From contig NC_068982.1 of NCBI RefSeq assembly GCF_001194135.2, positions 13,698,700 to 13,762,699 on the forward strand: 64,000 bases of DNA, given 5' to 3'. The number at the start of each line of letters is the position of its first letter. Positions within the stretch are counted from its first letter, which is position 1. Shown here in pieces: positions 51,810 to 64,000 of the stretch. A program made the translations under genes and the position numbers. This DNA is from Octopus bimaculoides. Lineage: Eukaryota. Below the pieces are notes generated by a model. It had not been told where the DNA came from. It ran no database searches and saw nothing but the letters and a program-made list of their open reading frames with translations.

Positions 51810-51965
51810 ATTGTGGCATTTTGTTCCGTATAGCATCCAGCTGTAAAAATCCTGCCAAAATAGTCACAGAAATCTGGTGCAGGCTTCAGCCTGGCCGGCT
51901 CTTGTAGCACCTTCCCACCTATGCTAACAAGACAGACGTTAAATGATGATGATGACGATGATGAC
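51810..51965 (+). mobile_element. RTE-tail retroposon 3' fragment
   Basis: GCATCCAGCTGTAAAAATCCTGCC..GACGTTAAATGATGATG. Confidence 0.85.
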
Positions 51966-52154
51966 TATGATATATATATATATATATATATATATCATCA
52001 TCATCATCATCATCATTGCCGAGGTTCAATTTGTCTTTCATTCTTTCGATAAAATAAGCACTGCTGGGGGAGGGGTTCAGTAGGTCTTGTGCCGAAAATT
52101 TGAAACCAATATAAAATATATGTGTGTGTGTTTACCGTTTTACAAAATTAATTG

Positions 52155-52430
52155 ATAGTGCTTTATGAAGGACCAAGTCCAGCCGGCAATGTACGAATGC
52201 TTGTGCTTGACTGTTCAACCATTTCATGCAAGGTCTCACCTTCCACAACAAAATGTCTCTCTGATCGTGACTTGTCTACGAGGCAAGCGTCACTTTCCTT
52301 GAAACATCTCATCCAGTTTTGTGCCATTTATTCGATGACTATTCTTGAATCTTCCACATCATCATCTTTCTTTTGCTGCTGCCATTAAACTCAATCCTTT
52401 TTTACCTCAGGTAACGTAAAATCGCTCTCA
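52155..52430 (-). mobile_element. mariner transposase N-terminal remnant
   Basis: Minus strand MAQNWMRCFKESDACLVDKSRSERHFVVEGETLHEMVEQSSTSIRTL resembles AQNWFRRFKxGDxSLEDxPRSGRP. Confidence 0.75.
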
Positions 52431-52653
52431 TCGCAATTCGTTTTGTATCACTCACCATCAAAGCTGTAAGATAAAGAACAAACAGTGAACGTTAATATGT
52501 TATAAAAGAAAATAAAGAATAAGCAACGAGTGGACAAGTTGTATCAAATTAATCATAACATGGCGATAGAAGTTGCCAAAAATCATCAGTGAAAATCCGA
52601 AAAGACTTTCGGCTCAACCTGGTATATATATATATATATATATATAAACTCAC

Positions 52654-52701
52654 ATTCGCTAGCTTTCTTACAAAGGGGTTTAATGCTCTTAGCTTAGACA
52701 T
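52654..52701 (-). CDS. Probable first coding exon of an unidentified gene: MSKLRALNPFVRKLAN
   Basis: AAAA-ATG context, in-frame upstream TGA, other two frames closed, phase-0 donor GTGAGT, CpG-rich surroundings. Confidence 0.5.
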
Positions 52702-52867
52702 TTTTAGGGGAAATCAGATCGAACCATTTCAAGTGTAAATGCCCGTAACGGTCGTGATTTCTGGGACTTGATTGGGAAATGAAGGCCTTCTAATTGTTGT
52801 TTCTCTTGTCCGCCTTGTATCGTCTATATGTCCGAATGTTTTATTGTACTCTACTGCGTTTTTGTTC

Positions 52868-53811
52868 NNNNNNNNNNNNNNNNNNNNNNNNNNNNNNNNN
52901 NNNNNNNNNNNNNNNNNNNNNNNNNNNNNNNNNNNNNNNNNNNNNNNNNNNNNNNNNNNNNNNNNNNNNNNNNNNNNNNNNNNNNNNNNNNNNNNNNNNN
53001 NNNNNNNNNNNNNNNNNNNNNNNNNNNNNNNNNNNNNNNNNNNNNNNNNNNNNNNNNNNNNNNNNNNNNNNNNNNNNNNNNNNNNNNNNNNNNNNNNNNN
53101 NNNNNNNNNNNNNNNNNNNNNNNNNNNNNNNNNNNNNNNNNNNNNNNNNNNNNNNNNNNNNNNNNNNNNNNNNNNNNNNNNNNNNNNNNNNNNNNNNNNN
53201 NNNNNNNNNNNNNNNNNNNNNNNNNNNNNNNNNNNNNNNNNNNNNNNNNNNNNNNNNNNNNNNNNNNNNNNNNNNNNNNNNNNNNNNNNNNNNNNNNNNN
53301 NNNNNNNNNNNNNNNNNNNNNNNNNNNNNNNNNNNNNNNNNNNNNNNNNNNNNNNNNNNNNNNNNNNNNNNNNNNNNNNNNNNNNNNNNNNNNNNNNNNN
53401 NNNNNNNNNNNNNNNNNNNNNNNNNNNNNNNNNNNNNNNNNNNNNNNNNNNNNNNNNNNNNNNNNNNNNNNNNNNNNNNNNNNNNNNNNNNNNNNNNNNN
53501 NNNNNNNNNNNNNNNNNNNNNNNNNNNNNNNNNNNNNNNNNNNNNNNNNNNNNNNNNNNNNNNNNNNNNNNNNNNNNNNNNNNNNNNNNNNNNNNNNNNN
53601 NNNNNNNNNNNNNNNNNNNNNNNNNNNNNNNNNNNNNNNNNNNNNNNNNNNNNNNNNNNNNNNNNNNNNNNNNNNNNNNNNNNNNNNNNNNNNNNNNNNN
53701 NNNNNNNNNNNNNNNNNNNNNNNNNNNNNNNNNNNNNNNNNNNNNNNNNNNNNNNNNNNNNNNNNNNNNNNNNNNNNNNNNNNNNNNNNNNNNNNNNNNN
53801 NNNNNNNNNNN
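52868..53811. other. Largest assembly gap (~0.94 kb), likely covering promoter/5' exons
   Basis: N run visible; promoter role is inference. Confidence 0.9.
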
Positions 53812-53864
<53 letters not shown>

Positions 53865-54053
53865 TATATATAGATAGAGAGAGAGAGAGAGGGGGGCGGA
53901 AAGAGAGGACTTAACACAGGTCTGTAAAAGTTTAAAGAACAAACATTCAAATTTAAATAACTGGCTCTCAAATATTAGAATCTTTCTACTGAATTAACAA
54001 TATCATCACTGTGACGAAAATAGATATAATGGCAGAATATACATGTGTTCCAG

Positions 54054-54127
54054 ACCTATCATTTAACTGATGCAGTTTATCTGAGCCAAAATCAGTTAGA
54101 ATTTGGAAGAACTAGAAGAATTAGAAG
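54054..54127 (+). CDS. Candidate internal exon TYHLTDAVYLSQNQLEFGRTRRIR of a possible plus-strand gene
   Basis: Acceptor GTGTTCCAG, strong donor AAG|GTAAGT, one open frame. Confidence 0.35.
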
Positions 54128-54521
54128 GTAAGTTGCATATTATGATCAAATTTAACGAAAATCTAATACCAGGTCATTTTAAAGAGTTAATGAGGTGATG
54201 TTCAATTTTTCTACATGCTACCATTAGCCGGGAAATTGATTATATTCCAAATGCATAAGAAATTGAACAAATTGAACAAATGTGTCATGTTATGATGGTA
54301 ATTTAACGAACATCAAATATCTATACAGATTTGGGATACTATGAACTATGCTTTCAATGATAGCTCCCCACAACAATTTAATATTTCACCAAGAATCCTT
54401 TGAAACAATCTGATATTGTATTCATTTAACATATGCCCTTTACACGAAAGCCTTTCTAATTCTTTCGATTCGACCAAATGTTTATGGTTTTCAAATAAAA
54501 TGAACTGTTCTAGCTAAAATG

Positions 54522-55206
54522 TACGAGGTGCATTCAAAAAGTATCCGACTTTATTTTTCCTGCCAAAATTAATGCCACGTGGGCAAAATCCTTTTAGATT
54601 AGAGGTGACGCCCCCCTTCCTGCGCATAAGTGAACATTTTCGTACCGGTAGGTCGTGTCAGTTCCTGGCTGTTACGTCTAGAGTACAATGTGTATGTAGT
54701 GCACGCTCGTCTGATTTCTGTTTTCACACATCGAGCAGAAATCATATACCCGAATCTTATCACCACAGATGATGGTCTTTATGAAGTTTGGGTCGTGGTT
54801 TCACCATCTAGCGTATCCTGAGCGATTTATATACGGATTTGCTTCTGTTGCTCTGCCAGCACCACCTTGGGGATGAATTTCGCCGACACTCTCTGCATGG
54901 GCAAACCCTCCATTAATGCACTGATCTTGTGCTTATTCCCACTTCGTGAGCAGTTTTCTAGGTTGTAACACGACGGTCTACCGAGACTCTTCACCGAACC
55001 CTCTCAAGTGAGTCCTCGTTTCGGTTTATGGATAGCCTGCTTAAGTGTACCTCGCTCTCCACTGAGGTACAGCCGTATTTGAATCGAAAATATCTACGCA
55101 TGCGCAGGAAGAGTAGTGTCTCCACACACCCAAAGGATTTTGCCCATGCGGCTTTAGTTTTGGCGGTAAAACATGAGTCGGACAGACCTTTTGAATGTAC
55201 CTCGTA
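54522..55206 (-). mobile_element. Internally deleted mariner with ~110-bp imperfect terminal inverted repeats
   Basis: TACGAGGTGCATTCAAAAAG / TACGAGGTACATTCAAAAGG ends, TA-flanked; minus strand remnant QRVSAKFIPKV..PNFIKTIICGDKIRVY. Confidence 0.88.
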
Positions 55207-55499
55207 GAAACAGGAAAATTTAATATTTTGATATTTACGCGAGATACACCTAAAATAATGGTAGAGTAGATATAACTTTTTATAATCTGACGGATTATTC
55301 GAGGTATGCGTGCTGGTAGAGTAACTTTTCTTCTTTGCAGGCAGTAACATGACATCGATGAGTTCTTGACGAAGGAGTAGTACAGGTTGTTCAACAAGCA
55401 CGGAAGGCAATACGTTGTTTCCAGAGATAACAACACTGACAAGAGTAATGTGCACGGGTGGATTAGAAAACTTCGAGGCGCAGTGAATAGAAACCATGA

Positions 55500-56340
55500 A
55501 TTCAGAACCATCAACTACGACGACTAACTCGAATCGCCAGCGAGTGGCCGAAATGACTCATGTGTACAGAAGGGACTGCGGCTTGCAGAACAACTAGACT
55601 GTAATCATAAGCATTACAGAAACAATTAGGGGTTCTGGCTATGGGAAAATGTGTACAATGTGGGTACATCGGCAAATACTGCCTGATTTGTGGACAGAAG
55701 CCTGATCTGTTGGAAATAGTTGAATCAACAATGAAGATAAGTTTTCGTTTCGATTTTGTGAGAGAAACGTGATCCGTGTCTTAATCATCTGGAAAGAAGA
55801 CTCAGCCCATGGAATGGTGTCAGACCTCCCCTCTAAAACCTAAGCATTTCAAGACCCATCAATCAACACACAAAATCATGATGACTGTCTGGGGGATAAC
55901 ATTTGAGTCATTCAACTTGATTTACAGCGTAGTTGTATCTTGAACAATAGATGGTTGACTGAGACACTCAAAAAAGCTTAGCGAAGCTATTTGAAGGAAG
56001 AAACTGAACAAGACTGAAACCTATTCACATTCACCATGGCAATGTGTGACCACGCGCACATCTTTGGCAATAAATCAAGCAATCAGCAAATTAGCTGTCA
56101 GTGGTAACCCATTTATCGTACAGTCCGGATCTGACGCCTTTCGACTCCCATCTGTTTAATTCAATGAAGAACAGTCTTCGGGAACAATAATTTGATGGCA
56201 TAGAAGTGATGAAAGAGGTTGTGAAGCAGTGAGTACGACTGTGCACACCTGGATTTCTTCAAAGCGGGCTTCAGAACTGGCTTTAATATTGGACGCAAAT
56301 TCATTGCTTGTGATGGAAACTACATCGAGTAGATTCATTT
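55500..56340 (+). mobile_element. Degenerate mariner transposase
   Basis: MEW, FKTHQSTHKIMMTV, HHGN, YSPDLTPFDSHLFNSMKNSL, DGNYIE* remnants in shifting frames. Confidence 0.85.
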
Positions 56341-57999
56341 TATTACTCTACCATCGTGCACAATTACAATTACGTATGTTAGTCAATAAAATTGTTGTGC
56401 TAAATTTTCCATTACTTTTAGCATAACTCTCATTGTATTTTCGTCTCATTCATGACATTCAGACAGTGCAAATTCAGTAGTAACCCGCTAATGTGTAAGA
56501 ACAAGCTTGTGTGTGTGTGAGGTGGGGTTAATATTTATAATTACTAAGGACAGTGTTTCGCTTCCTGGCTAGAATGGACTATAAACCATATCTAAAGATT
56601 TTTAGTCGAAAGTCTGTTACGATAAATCTAAACCTAACGACTGTGTACACGATGTTCGCAGGCAGACAAAGAAAAAAAGGAAATGCTGCACATTTGAGAT
56701 TTGTCAGTAGCTGGAGATTATCAGTAGCTGTTCATCTTTCGTAACTATAACTTTAGCCACTAAATATCAGTAGATTTGCAAGCAGTGTAGCTGTGGACAG
56801 TTAAACAAGTTGCACAGCTGCTAACGAAATGGCAGAGTTGATACGTGCAGCATACACCACTGTTCCTTCCTTTTTCTGTCGACGAACTTATTGTGTGTAT
56901 AAATGCAATGTTGACAATCATCATAACGTATAGCATTGCCAAAAAAATTATAGATATGCTCACAATTATAAGGAAGAAAGGAAGCAAACAGTTAACACAT
57001 TAGTAATTTAATATTCAAGATACCAGGAAGTGTTAAATATACAAATTGATTTATCCACTTTACTTAAACCGTTAATATCAGTGGGTTTATAAGCAGTGCA
57101 TTGGTAAAGAGTTAATGAAGGTGCGTAGCTGCTGACGAAACTCTAAACAGAACTGAAATGTGCTGAACAGGCATTGGATATCTACAGAGCTTCAAGGCCT
57201 TCCGAAAAAGATAAAAATTAACAGTTCTTTTTTTAAATCAAAGAAATTCGCAGAAATTGCATCTGTAAAGTCGTTATGTATTCAACATGTAAACAGGAAA
57301 AATTTTCTTTGGATAAACTTGTTCTGATAACGACCTTTTGAAAGTAGATCGTTCCTTGAATTTAACAGGTTGTGTATATATTACTAACTCCAGAAACTGT
57401 AGAATATGGTTTGGTAAATTAAACCACTTAATACGGTAATTTAAAATTTATGGTACTTTAATCATTTAGTCGCCATAGTGTTATGAGAGAGATATGAGGT
57501 TTCTTTTCTTGAGCAGCACTATACACCATCCTTTAATGCAATATAAAACAAAACAAAAAAGTATGAGCGCAATATTATTTGCTCTGTATTTTGGAAAAAT
57601 CTAAGCGAAGTAAAATTTGCCAAACATGTTTGCGTAAATTTGACGTGTTAAAGTGAAGGATATTGCAATTTGAATAAATTATTTGTTCGAAATGCTGCAA
57701 AACTTCATCCACACACTGGTAAAAGCATTTTAGGAGAAAAACGTGTTTTATTTGATCTTTAAAGGGCAGTATTTGAGGAAAAACAAAAGAATACAACGCG
57801 TAGAAATTGAATGAAGGTAGGTGATAAGATTGCTTTGAATACTTCTTTATAATAAAAAGTTTTGAAATATTTATAAATATCAACAAGTGTACGTGAAGGT
57901 TTCTTTTAAATGAAAGAGTCAAAGAAATCTCCTTCAATACTTAAATCAAAAATTGTATGTAAATTGTTCTTGTTATCACACCGAGGGATAGATTAAGTC

Positions 58000-59170
58000 A
58001 TGCCTTTTCTTCAGAAAAATGGTAATTTACATTCATGTGGATATAAAAAAAAACCAAATTGCTATTCTTTGTGAGGTGGGCCACAACGTATTCCAGACCC
58101 CACAAACTACTGAAAAGAAAGAAGTTCTAGCTTCTCTACCTACTACGAAGGGAATATGTTCACACTGTCAGAATATTGTTTTTTTTTTACAGTAAAGAAA
58201 GGATTTGTCGGGCTTAAAACTATTACACGTACGGATGAAAGTAGACTGAAATTCTTAGCTCTTCAAGAAAGAAAGAAAAGCCTACAGCAACTACCGTAAA
58301 TCCTCGAGTATAATCCGCATTTTTTTCCAAAAATTTAAAGGTCAAAATCCCTAGTGCGTACTATATACGAAGTTATAAATGAAAAATATTTTCTAAGCAA
58401 TGTCCGAGTCTCTATTTGCTATCCGGCAATGTTTATTCAGACGCATTTTGTGATGTCGAGCTTGTAACTGATAGCGATAAATATGTAAAGGCAATTTACT
58501 TAATATTTATTTTTCACTGACGTTATTATTGTTATTTCTTTATTTTCTACAAAGTGCACAAAAAAGCTACACGTTTGCATTATATCATATATACAATAAT
58601 AATAAAGGACGTTACTGTATATATATGTTTACAAACCAAGGACGTTATATAGACCTTATTGACTCAAGTTAGAGAAGGGGTGCGTATTATAGACAAGGTT
58701 TAGGTTTTTTTCGAAGTACAGCCCCCTAAAAATCCCCTGCGTATTATACTCAAGGGCGGACTATACTCGAAGATTTACGGTATCAAGGAAGTCTAGGGCT
58801 GCAAGCAGCAAAACTGCTTCCAGAAGGATTATCACAAAAAGTTATTAAGCAGGAAGGGATAACTCAGAATGTTATCTATGCAGAGCGGGTGGGATATTCT
58901 ACTCTGGCTGCATTTCAAAGACTGTGAATCAGGGTGGGGGGGGGACTAAAGTATGGGATATATTTTCACCTGCAGGTGTTAGAAAGCATGTGAGATATGA
59001 ACATTCAATTACGGCTTTTCAATGCATAAAGAATTACAAAACCAGTTATTTCCCAGACTGTAAAAGTTATTTCTTGGAGTAAAAGACAACAAAGAAATCC
59101 TTTTTTCAACACGACAATGCTCCTGTCAATACAACAAAGGCAACAAAATAAAAAAATAAAGCGAAGGCAC
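58000..59170 (+). mobile_element. Degenerate Tc1 transposon interrupted by a MITE
   Basis: TRTDESRLKFLALQERKKSLQQL, KTVNQGGG..VWDIFSPAGV, FQHDNAPVNT. Confidence 0.75.
58292..58782. mobile_element. Tc2/pogo-like MITE, complete, TA target duplication
   Basis: TA-CCGTAAATCCTCGAGTATA ... TATACTCGAAGATTTACGG-TA; same family as 38204. Confidence 0.92.
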
Positions 59171-60455
59171 ATGATATTCCGCAAAGATTTATGGAGGTAT
59201 TTCTGTATGTTGGTTTGTACTTATAGATTTTTAAATAGACAACGAAATATTACAAAAACTGATTGAAAATTAAGTTGGCTACGTTTTGGGCCTAGGACTA
59301 CATATATGTATGCATGCGCATTCATACCTTTCTCTGTGTGTGTGTGTGTGTTTGTATGCGTGTGTGTATATTTTACATACTCTGTGTATAGTGCTCTCAA
59401 ACCCACGCACCTGACGACGTGCAAGTACACAGCTGTTGGCTGATCATGTTTATATAATATTTAAAACATGTATAATATGGAAATCTCAGCAGTTAACAGC
59501 TGACGCTAATGCACGGAAACAATTGTTGTAACTTGGATTAAGCTCATTAATTCAATCTTCTTCTTCTGTTATAAAATTATCCATCCATACATCCACCCAT
59601 ACATACATACATAATTTATAAGGAAATAATTGACAGTGACAAGGAAGCTTCGTTCTTGATGGACTTGTCAGACTCTGAGTTTTGTATTCTTAAGTATTGA
59701 TTATATACTTGGCTCCATCATATGTGTGGAGTATAATCAGCGCCATATAAACGTGGTCTGTAACGTATAGATGTGTTTGAACTAAAGAAAAATTGGATCG
59801 AGAAGTATATAGTATTGTTAAGAATTAGTTATACTTTTTAATCAAATTTTTATTTAATTCAGAGCTGCTTCTCATGGTTTAGAATGTATAAATAATTCTT
59901 AAGAATGCCAGCATACATACATATATATACATATATAACATATGATATATGTGCGTATACGCGGTGTTGATATGTGTGAATATATATCTATACGTCTACA
60001 TGGGTTTGTACGTGTGTGTGTGAGTGCATATATGTGTGTGTGAATCTATGTATGCTTACATGTGTTTGTATGTGTAGTATATTTATATGCATATAATGCG
60101 TGTATGTTTAATTGAGAAAGTGATAGACAGACAGATAGATAGATAACGGCAATTTGTGTACACTCGTTTCACTTCTTTGAAGTAGTTCCAAGCAGTAAAA
60201 TAAAAGCCGTCCACCTGTCTAATATATACCTATTTTCATGTCAATCACTCAGGGAAAAAGAAACAGAAATCATAAAAGTGGGAAGAACTGATTGTGTAAA
60301 GGTGTGACGTATTTTTTTACTGAACAGAGATCTTCTTTGGCTTTGAGGCTATAAAATGGTTTGTTTTTAGTGGTTCTCTGATGTTTTTTAATGCAATACA
60401 ATGTCATTTCATTTACTTTCATTGGCATGTGATTGTTTTTTGGAATGTATTTTAG

Positions 60456-60503
60456 AAATAGGTTTTATTGTGACGAATTGAGTTTACTCTCTTACTGTGG
60501 CAG
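60456..60503 (+). CDS. Candidate 48-nt exon (NRFYCDELSLLSYCG), phase-compatible with 54054-54127
   Basis: T-rich acceptor ..GTATTTTAG, donor CAG|GTATTG, phase 2 to 2. Confidence 0.25.
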
Positions 60504-60834
60504 GTATTGGTTTTTGAAACGTGTTATAGATGTAGAGTTTATTGAAATGGATACGTCCAATCGGAAATACGCTATCATCTATAAATGTGGATTTGGATGT
60601 GAATTTAATTGAAAAGGATTATGATGATTCGAAAAGGTGTTGACCTCTTAGTTTCATGTTTTGGCATATTAATTTTATTGAAAGATTATTTTAAAATGTA
60701 AAATGTATAACTACTGGAGTACTGGAAGCGAAAAATGTTAAATTATGTTTAAATGTTTAAAAGTTTTATTAATCGGTAAGAGGTGTTCAAGTTCCAAAGT
60801 TTTGAATATCTTTGAGATCATTCTTTATTATTTT

Positions 60835-61210
60835 ACCTTTTTTCAGTTATTAGACTCCGGCCATATTGGAGCACTGCCTTGAGGAACTGTAGTCGAACTA
60901 TTCGACCCCGCTATTTCTTTCCTTTTTAAGCTTGGTACTTATTCTATCGGACGTAAATATACCAACACCGGTTGTCAAGCAATGGTGAGGAACAAACACA
61001 GACACTAAGACAGATACACGTGTGTGTGTGTATGTATGTATGTATACGACAGTCTTCTTTCAGTTTTTATATACCAAATGTGCTCACAAGTCTTTGATCG
61101 GCCCGAAGCTGTAGTAGAAGACACTTGCTCAAGGTGCCACGCAATGGGACTGAACCTAGAACCATGTGGTTGGGAAGCAAGCTTCTCACCACACAGCCAC
61201 GCCTGCGTCT
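60835..61210 (-). mobile_element. Family A SINE
   Basis: Tail and head visible. Confidence 0.88.
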
Positions 61211-61484
61211 ATGTAGAGATTTTTCCAAATGTTTATTCGATAGGTGATTTCTTAATAAATAAATTTCGTGAGCCTCAGATGTGCATAAATTGCACGGCTT
61301 CATGTTTTCATTTGTATTGTACACATTCTGATTTGAATTATATATTATTGTATTTTCCATATAAATGATGAAAGGGACGCATCGTTATTAGGTTTTATAT
61401 TTCGAAATATGAAACAAATTTCATCAAAAACAAATTTAGTACGCGATTAATTGTAAAGAGGCAGGCAATCAGACAGACAAAAAG

Positions 61485-61517
<33 letters not shown>

Positions 61518-61814
61518 TGTGTGTGACTGTGTGCATAATTATTTTATGTCTGTTTTCCATGCTGGCATGAGTTAGATAGGTTATCATGGACCTAATGAAT
61601 TCTTACAAAAAGTTACTGCCACTCCAGACGTGTCACAGTACAAGCCTTGCTGGATACCCTTTCTAGCACCAATACCATTACAGAATATACAAAGTAAATT
61701 TTATCGTTGCTCCACCACAAGAGATTCTGTTTCTTTGGTGCAATTAAAGGATCTTTTTAATTCTATATCATTGTTGCTCACTCATCATCCACATTACAGA
61801 ACGAATTGAATATA

Positions 61815-62863
61815 TATTATCGTGGCACCAAGTCTAGTGACGTTTTCTTTGCCATGCAGGCCTAAACATCTTTCACTGCTTTGGGTTATTTTCTTTTTTC
61901 TTTTGAAACTTTCTCATCTCTAGATTATAAATATTGTTGTATCCTTCTTTCAACCTCTTACGCTATCATATTCCTTTCTTTCTCCGTTACACACGAGTCT
62001 CCTCTTTTCCTTTCCGTCTGATACTTCACGCTTCATTTCCCTCTCAAATAAACAATTCTTGTTTACAACTTCTTCCCAACGTTCAACAAAATTTTCAAAA
62101 CCTTGTTGGTATAAATCACCCGATTTCAACTCAAAAAATTGATCCAACCAAGCTCTCAATTCTGCATCAGTATTGAACGAAACTCCATGCATAGCATTTG
62201 AATGAGATTGAAAGAGGTGGAAATCTGTTGGTGCCAAATGAGGAGAGTATGATGGGTGGGGCAGCACTTTCCAGCTATGCATTTGAATGGCTTCCTTGGT
62301 CATATTGGCAATATGAGTGCGGGCGTTGTCGTGCAGCAGAAGAACTCCATGCTGACGATTAGGTCTTTTCTGTTGGATAGCCGTTCCAATCCCACCATAT
62401 GCACAACACCATTTTACGCAGATGAAGATCTTGTTTCACACACGGTGTCGCTTGTTTACTGGAGCTAAGCCATTCCTTACGTTACTTCGTATTGATGTAC
62501 AGGCACCATTTTTCGTCACCAGTAATGATTCGGTAAAGAAATCGTTGCTTGTTTCCATGAGTTGAGCAGTGATGAGCAAGCAAACCAGCGGAGATTGTGG
62601 CTCGTTGATTTTTGTTGTTGTCATTTAAAGCATGCGGAACCCATGCTCCATACTTCTGAACCTTTCCCATCGAGTGAAGATGCTTCTCTATAGCAGTATG
62701 GAAGCATTCCATTTTCTCTGCCAATTCCTTTGTCGCTTGACGAGAATTTTCGTGCAAAAGTTGGTTTAGTCGCCCTTCATCAAACTGAACTGGACGACCA
62801 GAACGAGGTGCGTCTTTGAGGTCAAAATTTCCATTTTTTAACTTGGCATACCAATCACGAGTG
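61815..62863 (-). mobile_element. mariner (DD34D) transposon, frameshifted, 5' end lost in gap
   Basis: DAPRSGRP, WVPHAL, IITGDEKW, HPSYSPHLAPTDFHLF in ORF-track entries 62482-63327 and 61950-62303. Confidence 0.95.
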
Positions 62864-64000
62864 NNNNNNNNNNNNNNNNNNNNNNNNNNNNNNNNNNNNN
62901 NNNNNNNNNNNNNNNNNNNNNNNNNNNNNNNNNNNNNNNNNNNNNNNNNNNNNNNNNNNNNNNNNNNNNNNNNNNNNNNNNNNNNNNNNNNNNNNNNNNN
63001 NNNNNNNNNNNNNNNNNNNNNNNNNNNNNNNNNNNNNNNNNNNNNNNNNNNNNNNNNNNNNNNNNNNNNNNNNNNNNNNNNNNNNNNNNNNNNNNNNNNN
63101 NNNNNNNNNNNNNNNNNNNNNNNNNNNNNNNNNNNNNNNNNNNNNNNNNNNNNNNNNNNNNNNNNNNNNNNNNNNNNNNNNNNNNNNNNNNNNNNNNNNN
63201 NNNNNNNNNNNNNNNNNNNNNNNNNNNNNNNNNNNNNNNNNNNNNNNNNNNNNNNNNNNNNNNNNNNNNNNNNNNNNNNNNNNNNNNNNNNTATATATAT
63301 ATGTGGGGACCAAGACGGTACCCGCACAGGTGATTCCCAGGAGTGCCTCCGGATTTAAACATCCCCTGGTTGCTTGGATGCTTGAGACTACCCCTGAAGG
63401 ATTGAGGCAAACCTACCACTTACCTATATATATATATATATATATATATGTATAGGTAGATAGATAGATAGATAGATATGATGCACTACGCACCATTGGT
63501 TTCATAATCTGAAATGTTTAATAAGGGATATCTAATGATAAACAATACAAATTTTAGCTTAGCTTCTGCTGTGGTGTGCAATATAATACATCTGGACAGT
63601 TGTAAGCAAATGTTTATCAATGATCTACAATGTTTACCAAACTTAGAGACATGTTATTACTTCGAAACCTTCTGACATGTATGGTTGACCAACCACATTA
63701 AACTGTGGTTCAGGTTATATAATCACTATTTATCTCAAATATATTACATATATTAACATATATTAATATATATAACACTTTATTCACTTCTAACATGAAC
63801 TTGATATATCTTTACGCAATAGTTTTTGGTTTCTCAATACTTTAAAGGGAAGCAAAGATAATGTAATTTATCATTTGTGCCAAGATATACACACGACATA
63901 GAACAGAAAAGTACTAATATTGGTTTCAAATTTTCGCACAAGGCCAGCAGTTTTGGGGCAGGGTCTAAGTTAATTGTATCAATTTCAATGCTCAACTGGT

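Noticed and set aside
52456-52463. 8-nt microexon-like unit (TTACAG|CTTTGATG|GTGAGT, minus strand)
   Set aside because: Lies at the edge of a mariner remnant, only ~190 nt from the first-exon donor, and would give an immediate stop in phase 0; kept only as a possible poison exon
57600-57760. HPHTGK motif suggesting a C2H2 zinc-finger remnant
   Set aside because: No CxxC..H..H spacing in frame
605-61210. tRNA-like A/B boxes
   Set aside because: All are SINE heads continuing into core and tail; no cloverleaf with acceptor stem found
2370-63419. Long ORF-track entries (His/Thr, Tyr/Ile, Val/Cys-rich or X-filled, e.g. 52729-53859, 23098-23720, 32002-32523)
   Set aside because: Translations of dinucleotide microsatellites and N gaps; no protein signal

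Overview
AT-rich, repeat-saturated eukaryotic DNA from a draft assembly with many N gaps next to microsatellites. The SINE families, (CA)/(TA)/(ATC)/(TAA) microsatellite load and Tc1/mariner content look like a coleoid cephalopod (octopus-type) genome; this is inference from remembered repeat families, not a database match. I see no intact long ORF, rRNA, true tRNA gene or CRISPR array. Almost all ORF-track entries are microsatellite, gap or SINE read-throughs. Supported content: degenerate Tc1, mariner and pogo/Tigger transposons, Tc2-like and piggyBac-like MITEs, at least three tRNA-derived SINE families, a retroposon with an RTE-like 3' tail carrying an internal ~65-bp hairpin satellite, and two 3' ends of R4/Dong-type RLE retrotransposons (one inside a (TAA)n tract). 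Host-gene signal is weak. A credible first coding exon (MSKLRALNPFVRKLAN|GTGAGT) lies on the minus strand at 52654-52701, beside a CpG-richer region and a 0.9-kb gap. Short minus-strand exon candidates run down to ~3 kb, and there may be a divergent plus-strand gene. I could not identify any host gene product, and I did not find a demonstrably new biological system. The best leads are listed as findings.
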